NCBI RefSeq assembly: GCF_033720175.1
Contig: NZ_JAWWDA010000018.1
Location: 12,556-76,555 of the forward strand
Reading direction: 5' to 3'
From: Photobacterium sp.
Lineage (GTDB): Bacteria > Pseudomonadota > Gammaproteobacteria > Enterobacterales > Vibrionaceae
Length of the DNA stretch: 64,000 nucleotides
The position numbers and the translations under genes are program-made. This document shows, one piece after another, positions 32,270 to 40,458 of the stretch; position 1 is the stretch's first letter; the number at the start of each line of letters is the position of its first letter. The notes under the pieces are model-generated. The model was given only the letters and a program-made list of their open reading frames with translations. It was not told the DNA's origin and made no database searches.

Positions 32270-32743
32270 TTACTTGAACCCTCCTATCTTCATTAGACCT
32301 TGGAGCGACGGTTTTCTATTCATCATCGTACCAATTTTTGCTGGCTCTACTTTTTTCTTACTGCCACAACCGCACCCGCAATCCCCTTTTTCACGCTTGC
32401 AGGGACGCCCCTGCTCTGCTGCCGTTAGCGCTATCTTAGCCACACTGCCTGCGAGCACGGCTTGCACAGAGCTACGTGAAGGTACTTTACTCACGGTAAA
32501 TCCGGCATTTAATAAACGCCCCAACGAGCGCTGGCCGATATTGCCAAGCACGACTTCAGTCACGCCAAATTCACCTAGTTGACGCTGGAGAATTTTCTTA
32601 TGCTTGCAGCCAATTGCTTTGCTGCCTCCATTTTCAATACGAGCAATCATCTCCCCTTGCGGATCAAAAACCATAAATGCCGCAGCTTTACCGAAATGAG
32701 CGGCGACTTCAGAGCGAGGAGTAATAGCAATAGCAATAGACAT
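32270..32743 (-). CDS. NifX/NifB-type (dinitrogenase FeMo-cofactor-binding fold) protein with Cys-rich tail
   Basis: AAHFGKAAAFMVFD...GVTEVVLGNIG pattern typical of the Nitro_FeMo-Co family. C-terminal CKREKGDCGCGCG. RBS AAGGAA. Confidence 0.7.
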   Translation of the reverse strand: MSIAIAITPRSEVAAHFGKAAAFMVFDPQGEMIARIENGGSKAIGCKHKKILQRQLGEFGVTEVVLGNIGQRSLGRLLNAGFTVSKVPSRSSVQAVLAGSVAKIALTAAEQGRPCKREKGDCGCGCGSKKKVEPAKIGTMMNRKPSLQGLMKIGGFK

Positions 32744-32831
32744 ATCAGTGTTCCTTTATTTCAGCCTCAGCGCATGGCTGGAAAGTTAATGAAGATAAAG
32801 CGGTTATTGCGGGTCGAGGGACGGTTTCTTC

Positions 32832-33131
32832 TTATTCTGTAATCTCATGCAAGTGCGCAGCTTGCAAATCGATCGCCTGTCCTGTGACCAATGCCTGCGC
32901 CACTTTATGACGAGCACGGGATACAATATTTCCCAGCGTCTGACGAGAGACTCCAAGGTGCTTGGCCGCTTCTATTTGGCAGAGGCCATTCATGTCAACC
33001 AGACGTATTGCCTCCAATTCATCCGCAGCCAGTTCAATCGACGCCAGCTGTGACATTGGCACGCCATTCGGTTTAAAACAGCTGTATGCCGGACGACAAC
33101 CAATCCGGCGTTGAATTTTAGGTCTTGCCAT
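32832..33131 (-). CDS. DUF134 (UPF0251) family predicted DNA-binding protein
   Basis: MARPKIQRRIGCRPAYSCFKPNGVP N-terminus plus a sigma-70-region-4-like HTH (QIEAAKHLGVSRQTLGNIVSRARHKV). ATG 33131 is preceded by GAGGG; the ORF is open to 33263. Confidence 0.8.
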   Translation of the reverse strand: MARPKIQRRIGCRPAYSCFKPNGVPMSQLASIELAADELEAIRLVDMNGLCQIEAAKHLGVSRQTLGNIVSRARHKVAQALVTGQAIDLQAAHLHEITE

Positions 33132-33661
33132 CGCACCCTCATTTTTGGCATAAGCTAACAACCCCTGTATTATTAGCCTATGCCAACAACCTTTTATTGA
33201 TCCAACACAAACAGCGGCATCAATTCTCGAAATTTTTCTGTCCAGAGGAAGCAAGGCTGACATTTATCCGAACAGATACTGAACAACTGGAAAAGGGGAT
33301 TTCAGAAGATAATGCTATTTAGCAACGAGATGAAAACGAACAATGCACAAAAATCAGACCGGAAAAGAAAGTAACTTTACACTACTGAACGCAGCATAAT
33401 ATGAATAAAAGAGCGTAACATGATAATAAATAACCATTAATCCAGTAAAATAATTGTCTTTAAAATAAGTTCATAAGACAAATTCTTGCTTATCCAGCCC
33501 TACACCAACAGAATATTATCCCGAAAGATGATATTTACAACTAAAAATAATCTAATCAATTGAATTTAACATTAGTATTATGCTGACAAAGTCACAGAAG
33601 TGTAATGCAAGTTGTTTTATAATACGTCGCGTTAGGAAAACCAGACAAGGTTGAGTTGTTT

Positions 33662-33865
33662 ATGCGCATGTTCAAACGCTACTTGCCGAAGTTAATTGCT
33701 AAGCATGTAAGTCGTTTATTTAGTGGAAGAATTTATATTGATGGCCGAGGAGGCTATCATTTCGACAAGGGAATGTTGCTTGTGCCAGTACAAGCTCAAC
33801 AACGGCATTATCAAACCGTCAATGAGGTTAACCAAGAGATAAAACGTTTGAAGGAAGTCTGCTGA
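33662..33865 (+). CDS. hypothetical small basic protein (67 aa)
   Basis: ATG 33662 follows AAGGTTGAG. The ORF is followed by a strong terminator at 33916-33940. No family recognised. Confidence 0.35.
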   Translation: MRMFKRYLPKLIAKHVSRLFSGRIYIDGRGGYHFDKGMLLVPVQAQQRHYQTVNEVNQEIKRLKEVC

Positions 33866-33915
33866 GAGCATTAATGCCCAGCATAAATTTCTTTTTTGCG
33901 GATCTCTGTGTATTT

Positions 33916-33940
33916 AAGCCCACTGGTAGTGGGCTTTTAA
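33916..33940 (+). terminator. intrinsic terminator after the small ORF (hairpin also lies 3' of convergent gcvH)
   Basis: Stem AAGCCCACT/AGTGGGCTT (33916-33924 / 33928-33936), loop GGT, then TT. Confidence 0.7.
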
Positions 33941-33982
33941 ATGAACAGGCTATACGCATCGTGATAAAGACACCGATGGCAA

Positions 33983-34375
33983 TTACTCCGATTCATCCAC
34001 CAGATCCTGGTAGCTCTCAGCGTCGAGTAAATCTTCAAATTCCCCTTCATCTTCTGCTTTTATCTGAAATAACCAGCCATCACCATAAGGATCACTGTTT
34101 ACCAATTCGGGCGAACTGTCTAAGTCTTCATTCACCGCAATGACCACCCCGGTTAACGGCGCATATACATCAGTGGCTGCTTTCACCGACTCGGCAACCG
34201 CGCAGTCTTCACCCGCCTCTGTCTCTGTATCCAGATCAGGTACATCAACAAACACCATATCACCCAACATTGACTGAGCATGGTCGGTAATGCCGACAGT
34301 AAAAACGCCATCCCCTTCAGGGCGAACCCATTCATGGGTATTGGTAAATTTCAATTCAGAGGGAACATAACTCAT
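33983..34375 (-). CDS. gcvH: glycine cleavage system H protein (lipoyl carrier)
   Basis: 130 aa; lipoyl-lysine motif [12 protein letters not shown]; [10 protein letters not shown]-terminal motif. Confidence 0.93.
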   Translation of the reverse strand: MSYVPSELKFTNTHEWVRPEGDGVFTVGITDHAQSMLGDMVFVDVPDLDTETEAGEDCAVAESVKAATDVYAPLTGVVIAVNEDLDSSPELVNSDPYGDGWLFQIKAEDEGEFEDLLDAESYQDLVDESE

Positions 34376-34628
34376 TGTGTAACTTCCTTATGAAAAGACT
34401 GCTTATCACTCGATAACTGGTTCGGTTCAAGCAGATGATTTAAGACCCAAACGCCTCACTCCCATGTCAATTCACCATGAAATGCACTGAGAGAACACCT
34501 AACAAATCAGTCTGGTACAACTACAGCCTACAGTTTTTGCTGTAACTCACACGGCATCGATTTCCTGTTATTTACTGTAGGTGAAAAAAGCCCTTTTGTG
34601 ATCAATTTATCTTTTTTATCTGGCAGGT

Positions 34629-34655
34629 AAAAAAAAACCATCTCAATGGAGATGG
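34629..34655 (-). terminator. intrinsic terminator of ubiH-ubiI
   Basis: Stem CCATCTC/GAGATGG (34638-34644 / 34649-34655) followed on the minus strand by a 9-nt T run. Confidence 0.85.
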
Positions 34656-34675
34656 CTTCAATAGACAATTTGACA

Positions 34676-35884
34676 TTAATATTTGGCTAATTCCGGTAAC
34701 TCACCCGATAAACCCAGAGCCCGGCGCATAAACTCGTCTTTGACTCCCGGCGCTTTATCCGCAATCAGCATGCCCAGATCCCGCACCAGCTTTTTAGCCG
34801 GGTTACTACCGTCGAACAGATCCCGGAATGTCTGCATTGCAGCGATCATTTTAGCGGCTTCCGCTTTTCGCCAGCGTTCATAATGACGCAAATTGGCTTT
34901 ATGGCCGATATCCTGCTCTTGCAACCACAACGCCTTGAGTTCTTGAGCCAGACTTGCCGCATCCAGTAAACCAAGGTTAACCCCCTGACCCGCTAAAGGA
35001 TGAATAGTGTGCGCGGCATCACCGACTAAAGCGACACGGTCTCGAACAAAGTCGCGGGCATAACGCATTTTCAGTGGGAACGCCTGACGTTCACCTTCAA
35101 CTTGACATAAACCTAAACGGTGATCAAAAGCAGCCGTGAGTGACTTATTAAATTCTTCGTCACTTAACCCACACAACTGCTCAGCCTCTTCCGGTGGAAC
35201 AGACCAGACAATAGAACATAAATCACTTTCAGCTAACGGCAGAAAGGCCAGTGGCCCTTGCGGCCGGAAAATCTGGCGCGCTGTGTTGCCATGGGCTTCA
35301 TCACAACGAATATTGGCCACAATGGCGCTGTGGCCGTAATCCCAGTGAGTCAGTGGAATATCCAGCTGATGACGAAGCCAAGAGTTAGCGCCATCCGCAC
35401 CGACCACCAGCTTGGCCGTCAGATTTTTACCCGATTCCATGCTGAGCCAGGCTTCGCTCTCACCGAAAGCAATATTCTGACAGCGTTCCGGTGCCAGCAC
35501 AGTGACATTGCTCAACTGCTTAACGCGATCCAGCAGCGCTAACTGAATGACCCGGTTTTCGACGATATACCCTAGATTCGGCTGGGCTAAACGTTCGGCA
35601 TCAAATTGAATGCTGGCGAAGCTATCTTGCTCCCAGACCTCCATTTTTCGGTAAGGAGTCAGACGACGGGCTTCAATCCCCGACCAGGCTCCGGTCCGGC
35701 GAAGAATACGCTCGCTGGCTCGGCTTAATGCGGAAACACGTAAATCCGGTAATGAAGCAAGCTCAGGTTCAGGCAACTGACCTTCAATCACGGCAACACG
35801 CAGCTCGGTGTCCGCTAACGCAGCGGCCAGGGTCAGGCCAACCATTCCCCCACCAATAATGGCAACATCAACACTCTGCATCAT
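34676..35884 (-). CDS. ubiI: 2-octaprenylphenol hydroxylase UbiI (VisC)
   Basis: MQSVDVAIIGGGMVG... collinear with E. coli VisC, including GDAAHTIHPLAGQGVNLG. Downstream of ubiH. Confidence 0.9.
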   Translation of the reverse strand: MMQSVDVAIIGGGMVGLTLAAALADTELRVAVIEGQLPEPELASLPDLRVSALSRASERILRRTGAWSGIEARRLTPYRKMEVWEQDSFASIQFDAERLAQPNLGYIVENRVIQLALLDRVKQLSNVTVLAPERCQNIAFGESEAWLSMESGKNLTAKLVVGADGANSWLRHQLDIPLTHWDYGHSAIVANIRCDEAHGNTARQIFRPQGPLAFLPLAESDLCSIVWSVPPEEAEQLCGLSDEEFNKSLTAAFDHRLGLCQVEGERQAFPLKMRYARDFVRDRVALVGDAAHTIHPLAGQGVNLGLLDAASLAQELKALWLQEQDIGHKANLRHYERWRKAEAAKMIAAMQTFRDLFDGSNPAKKLVRDLGMLIADKAPGVKDEFMRRALGLSGELPELAKY

Positions 35885-35901
35885 TATACCAATTCCATTA
35901 A

Positions 35902-37107
35902 TTATCTTTCTACCTGTCCCATCGCACGCCTTAGCAGCGGTGCCTTTAACGTATCAAAAAGGTTCATTATCATCAGGCCGGTATTACGGCCAGCAACGAG
36001 AGGAAAACTGTCATTGGCAAAGAGGCTCACCAGCCCTGATGTCATGGCAATTGTCGCCTCGCGATCCGGCATGCGACGCTGGCGGTAGCGACTTAACATC
36101 GCAGCACAACCTACATCTTCGCCCAGATCGAGAGCCCGTACGATCTCTTCGGCCAGTGACATGACATCACGCAGTCCTAAATTAAACCCTTGCCCCGCAA
36201 TCGGATGCAGCGTTTGCGCAGCATTACCCACCACGGCGACACGGTGCGAGGTCAGTGACTGCGACTGGCGCAGCAATAACGGATAGGCTGCACGCTCGCC
36301 GGTTTTAACTAACTGGCCTAAACGCCAGCCAAAAACCTGCTGCAATTCTGCCAGGAACCGCCCATCGTCCCACCCCATGACTGCGGCCTGATGCTCGGGC
36401 TTAATGCACCATACCAGTGAACTCCGCCCTTCCGACATCGGCAACATCGCAACCGGGCCAAAAGGGGTAAAACGCTCAAAAGCTCGACCCTGGTGTGCTA
36501 TTGCGGTGGTTATATTGGCAATCACGGCCACTTGTTCAAAGTCGTGTTCGATCCGGGGAATGCCTAACAGTTCACAACACCCCGACAAGGCACCATCAGC
36601 GGTCACCAGTAGCCGGGTTTGCAACTGCTCTCCCGACCCAAGGGTGAGATTGACTTGCTGCTGAGTACGTGAGATGTCGGCGATCGTCGCCGGGCAATAG
36701 AGATCGGTCTGATCCTGTTGCTTAAGCTGCTGATGAAATACCGTGCCGGTATCAGCCAGTTCAACCACATAACCGAGCGCATCAACCGCCAACTCTTTGG
36801 CATCCATACGAACCATACCCGCATGGCCGCGATCAGAAACATGGATATGAGAAATCGCGGTCGCGGCATTAGCCAGTTTAGGCCAGACCCCGATTTTATC
36901 CAGCAGATTGGCAGAGCCTAAAGATAACGCGATACTGCGCGCATCATAGCCCGGGTGCTGATCCAGTGTCGGTTTGACGGCTTCAACAACCGCAATACGC
37001 AACCCCTGAACACTATCGCAACGATTGCCACAGAGTTTATTCAGTGCAATTGCCAATGCCGCACCGGCCATCGCGCCCCCGGCAATTACAACATCATACT
37101 GTTTCAC
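35902..37107 (-). CDS. ubiH: 2-octaprenyl-6-methoxyphenol hydroxylase UbiH
   Basis: Collinear with E. coli UbiH (GNAAQTLHPIAGQGFNLG). GTG start at 37107 is preceded by AAGGGA. Confidence 0.9.
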   Translation of the reverse strand: MKQYDVVIAGGAMAGAALAIALNKLCGNRCDSVQGLRIAVVEAVKPTLDQHPGYDARSIALSLGSANLLDKIGVWPKLANAATAISHIHVSDRGHAGMVRMDAKELAVDALGYVVELADTGTVFHQQLKQQDQTDLYCPATIADISRTQQQVNLTLGSGEQLQTRLLVTADGALSGCCELLGIPRIEHDFEQVAVIANITTAIAHQGRAFERFTPFGPVAMLPMSEGRSSLVWCIKPEHQAAVMGWDDGRFLAELQQVFGWRLGQLVKTGERAAYPLLLRQSQSLTSHRVAVVGNAAQTLHPIAGQGFNLGLRDVMSLAEEIVRALDLGEDVGCAAMLSRYRQRRMPDREATIAMTSGLVSLFANDSFPLVAGRNTGLMIMNLFDTLKAPLLRRAMGQVER

Positions 37108-37127
37108 ATCCAGTCCCTTAGCGTTAG

Positions 37128-37775
37128 TTAATGCTGCGTCGGTTTTTCACCCTGACCAATACCAGGGATAGTCGGTTCTTCAACCGCTCCCGGACGCTGG
37201 CTCAACTCAACCAGACAGGCCAACACACATTCAGGCACATAGGCAACCACATTATCGAACAACTGCGCCTGCTCTGCCATGTCTTCGTCTTCATCGATAC
37301 CTAACTGGGCGATCTCTTCCAGCACCGACACGGCTTCCGTCACTTCCGGTGACAGCTTGGCTTTTTCCAGCCCCATCAAACCCAGGCCTGAAATAAAATT
37401 AGTCGTCCATTCACTCAATGCTTCGGCGCGCAGCATCAGCTCAGCGTCTTCAGCAGGCAGCAGTAGAGAAATGTTGAATTCGTAATGAGCCAGTTCAGCA
37501 GCCGTTGAGGTAAACAATATTGTTGCTACCCCCCCCAGCTCGGTGGAGGCGGCATCAAATACCGTCCGAACTGCCACTTTCGCACCATCAGTTAAAGGTT
37601 GACCCTCGTTGGCGTAGTCGCTTACCGGACCGATCCAGCTTTCATCGTCTACCGCCAGGCCTCCGCAGATCATACCGCTCAGCAGGCCGTGAAGCTCTGA
37701 CGGTGAAGCCGCTAAACCGTGATCTTTTAATGCTGTATCAACAGCTTCATATAGAGGGATTTTAACTTCGCTCAT
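37128..37775 (-). CDS. ygfB: UPF0149 family protein YgfB
   Basis: N-terminal ...SPSELHGLLSGMICGG pattern of YgfB. Divergent from zapA as in E. coli. Confidence 0.85.
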   Translation of the reverse strand: MSEVKIPLYEAVDTALKDHGLAASPSELHGLLSGMICGGLAVDDESWIGPVSDYANEGQPLTDGAKVAVRTVFDAASTELGGVATILFTSTAAELAHYEFNISLLLPAEDAELMLRAEALSEWTTNFISGLGLMGLEKAKLSPEVTEAVSVLEEIAQLGIDEDEDMAEQAQLFDNVVAYVPECVLACLVELSQRPGAVEEPTIPGIGQGEKPTQH

Positions 37776-38051
37776 GGGGGGTTCACCTTCGTCTCATTGG
37801 TGCTAATCTTAATTGTGTTATGCTACCACTTAGCCTCAAATCAGGCTAATACCCTTTGGGGAAAGCTTGGGCTATGTTTGCAGTTGCAGCAGATTGCAGC
37901 AGACTGGTTAATTTCTGATTAGTCAGTGACTCATCCCCCTAAAGCGTGATGAGTGGACTTGCATGTTGAAAAGGCTTTTCCTATATTATCTTCCTATTGC
38001 AAGCGGAATGCTAAGCAGACAGTATTCTTGCACGGAGCTGATTAGAGATTT

Positions 38052-38354
38052 ATGAGTACTCAGGCAGTTGAAATTCAAGTTTTAGGCAGGTTCTTAAAGG
38101 TTAACTGTCCATTAGGTCAGGAAGATGCGCTGCGAGAAGCGGCGGCAGATTTTGATCAGCGTCTGAAAGATCTGTCTGAACGCACAAAGGTAACAAACAC
38201 CGAGCAACTGCTGATGTTTGCCGGTTTAAACGTGTGCAGTGAAATGCACAGCGAGCGTAGAGAACACAACGGCAGTGCTTCAAATTTATCCAATAGAATC
38301 AGCACGCTAGCAGAAACATTGGATAAAGCATTGCAAAATCAACCAAAGCGTTGA
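38052..38354 (+). CDS. zapA: cell division protein ZapA
   Basis: 100 aa. VEIQVLGRFLKVNCP...TNTEQLLMFAGLNV matches the ZapA pattern. Followed by ssrS. Confidence 0.9.
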   Translation: MSTQAVEIQVLGRFLKVNCPLGQEDALREAAADFDQRLKDLSERTKVTNTEQLLMFAGLNVCSEMHSERREHNGSASNLSNRISTLAETLDKALQNQPKR

Positions 38355-38362
38355 TAATGAAT

Positions 38363-38546
38363 TGACCCTGGGGTGTACGTCAGCGTATTAACGTCCCCGA
38401 GCCGATAAGCAAAAAAACAGGATTAGCTGTCTATTAGCTATTGAGCATGCTCAGCCTGACTGAGAAGCCTGCGGTTGATGTTGCTGATCCACCTTGAACA
38501 TCTGGTTCAAGGGCCACAATGCGCAACGGCACCCTGGGGCATCCCC
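38363..38546 (+). ncRNA. ssrS: 6S RNA
   Basis: Blocks shared with E. coli 6S RNA (CCCGAGCCGATAAGCA, GAGCATGCTC, GAGAAGCCTGCGG, CACCTTGAAC...GGTTCAAGGG). 5' CCCTGGGGTG pairs with 3' CACCCTGGGG. zapA-ssrS-ygfA context. Ends are approximate (about +/-5 nt). Confidence 0.85.
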
Positions 38547-38642
38547 TCTACCTCGATCGTAACGAGAATTGAGATTCTAGACGCTCTTCCACTAGATACT
38601 CGCTCTATAATTACCCGAACTACCTCTGTCATTGGATGACCT

Positions 38643-39245
38643 ATGAGTTCACCTGTTCAACCCTCATCTTCTCGCCAGCACATTCGCCAGCATATTCGCC
38701 TGCGTCGCCGTGGCCTCAGCCCTCAGCAACAACAGCATGCCGCGCACGATCTGCTGATACTATTCCAACAGGTGGCAAGTGTTATCGACGCCCATCATAT
38801 TGCCCTGTATTTATCTAATGACGGTGAAATCAATACTCAGCCACTGATTGACTGGCTGTGGCAGCACGGCAAAGCGGTTTATCTGCCTGTTCTGCATCCA
38901 TTCAGCAAAGGCCAGTTACTGTTTCTGCACTATACGCCAGAGACACGGATGACGCTGAATAAATATCACATCCAAGAGCCGGTATTAGATATTCGCCTGG
39001 TCAAGCCGGTAAGTGAACTGGATCTGATCTGCACCCCGCTGGTCGCCTTTGATAATACCGGTCAGCGGCTGGGAATGGGGGGCGGTTATTATGACCGCAC
39101 GCTCAATCGCTGGCATCATGAGAAACAAGGCCCGCGCCCGCTGGGGCTGGCTCATGATTGCCAGCAGGTCGAAAACCTGCCGTTCGAAGCCTGGGATGTT
39201 CCGCTACCAGAAATTATTACGCCTTCCTGCCATTTTTCCTGGTAA
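38643..39245 (+). CDS. ygfA: 5-formyltetrahydrofolate cyclo-ligase
   Basis: 200 aa. C-terminal GMGGGYYDR motif. Conserved position downstream of ssrS. Confidence 0.85.
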   Translation: MSSPVQPSSSRQHIRQHIRLRRRGLSPQQQQHAAHDLLILFQQVASVIDAHHIALYLSNDGEINTQPLIDWLWQHGKAVYLPVLHPFSKGQLLFLHYTPETRMTLNKYHIQEPVLDIRLVKPVSELDLICTPLVAFDNTGQRLGMGGGYYDRTLNRWHHEKQGPRPLGLAHDCQQVENLPFEAWDVPLPEIITPSCHFSW

Positions 39246-39395
39246 TGGACGAATACTGACGTCTCCTCAGCCAATCCCAATCGAACCACGCAAACGTTTG
39301 GTATTTATGTGCCACAGCCTTCACCGCTAACTCTATGTTATTAATAGAATTATGATTTATGAGTTAGATAACAGCGATCTCAGTCAAAATTTGCC

Positions 39396-39424
39396 CTGAC
39401 GTATCATCCACTCTTCGCTATAAT
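39396..39424 (+). promoter_or_regulatory. candidate sigma-70 promoter of rpiA
   Basis: CTGACG (39396-39401), 17 nt, TATAAT (39419-39424). This would place the palindrome at 39444-39495 in the 5' leader. Confidence 0.35.
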
Positions 39425-39443
39425 CAGCGCTCCGCGCAACGTG

Positions 39444-39495
39444 ATACCAAACTGAACAAGTCTCTGCTCGAGCAGAGACTTGTTCAGTTTGGTAT
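39444..39495. repeat. perfect 52-nt palindrome (26-bp arms, no spacer)
   Basis: ATACCAAACTGAACAAGTCTCTGCTC|GAGCAGAGACTTGTTCAGTTTGGTAT, verified base by base. Ends 22 nt before the rpiA ATG. No flanking T or A run. Confidence 0.95.
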
Positions 39496-39517
39496 TAGCC
39501 ATTACTAGGAGACAGGC

Positions 39518-40177
39518 ATGACACAAGATGAAATGAAAAAAGCGGCTGGCTGGGCTGCACTGGAATACGTTACAAAAGGCAGCATTGTCGGTGTAGGGAC
39601 TGGCTCAACCGTTAATCACTTCATCGATGCACTAGAAACCCGCAAAGAAGAGATCAAAGGAGCGGTTTCGAGCTCTGTCGCCTCCACTGAACGTCTGGAA
39701 CAAATCGGTATTCCGGTTTTTGATGCCAATGACGTTGACGGCCTCGATATTTATGTTGATGGTGCCGACGAAATCAATGAACAATATGACATGATCAAAG
39801 GCGGCGGCGCGGCACTGACTCGCGAGAAAATCGTTGCTGCAATGTCTAAAAAATTCATCTGCATTGTTGATAATACTAAACAAGTAGACGTTCTGGGTCA
39901 GTTCCCTCTGCCCGTTGAAGTGATCCCAATGGCACGTTCATATATCGGTCGTGAGCTGGTCAAGCTTGGTGGCGATCCGGTATACCGTGAAGGTGTTGTG
40001 ACGGATAACGGCAATATTATTATTGACGTGCATAACATGGCAATCACTGACGCGAAGGCGATGGAAGACAAAATCAATGCCTTGCCAGGTGTGGTGACTG
40101 TCGGTCTGTTTGCTCACCGCGGAGCGGATGTTCTGCTGGTTGGCTCGCCAGATGGTGTTAAAAAATTCGAAAAATAA
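39518..40177 (+). CDS. rpiA: ribose-5-phosphate isomerase A
   Basis: GVGTGSTV and DGADE motifs; 219 aa. Confidence 0.95.
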   Translation: MTQDEMKKAAGWAALEYVTKGSIVGVGTGSTVNHFIDALETRKEEIKGAVSSSVASTERLEQIGIPVFDANDVDGLDIYVDGADEINEQYDMIKGGGAALTREKIVAAMSKKFICIVDNTKQVDVLGQFPLPVEVIPMARSYIGRELVKLGGDPVYREGVVTDNGNIIIDVHNMAITDAKAMEDKINALPGVVTVGLFAHRGADVLLVGSPDGVKKFEK

Positions 40178-40212
40178 GCAAGCATACCCGCAGCTTATGT
40201 TATTAGATTACG

Positions 40213-40240
40213 AAACGGCATAATATATGCCGTTTTTTAT
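40213..40240 (+). terminator. intrinsic terminator of rpiA
   Basis: Stem ACGGCATA/TATGCCGT (40215-40222 / 40226-40233) followed by TTTTTT. Confidence 0.85.
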
Positions 40241-40458
40241 TGTCTTTTTTGTAATATTCTTACCCTTACTGGTTATTATTTGATACTTTAATGAACAGCA
40301 TGTAGCAATCGTTTGAGTGTAAGCCTCAGGCTACTGGCAAGCAGGAAAAGGATATTACCCGCAGCCCGCTATATAATACCGTAAATCCTTTTCCGTTCCG
40401 CTTCGCCGGTTGCCCAACCTGAGCTCCTGCCACTCATGTTTTAAAGGATGAGAACCCA

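Noticed and set aside
34376-34675. A possible glycine riboswitch upstream of the orphan gcvH.
   Set aside because: I searched both strands by eye for the conserved GGAGAG ... ACCGAAGGGGCAA cores and found neither. A covariance-model scan would be the definitive check.
40344-40394. A 10-bp stem GGAAAAGGAT / ATCCTTTTCC with a 31-nt loop upstream of serA.
   Set aside because: The loop contains the best -10-like element (TATAAT within 40370-40377), so the pairing probably straddles the transcription start rather than forming in the mRNA. This is a single observation without supporting features.
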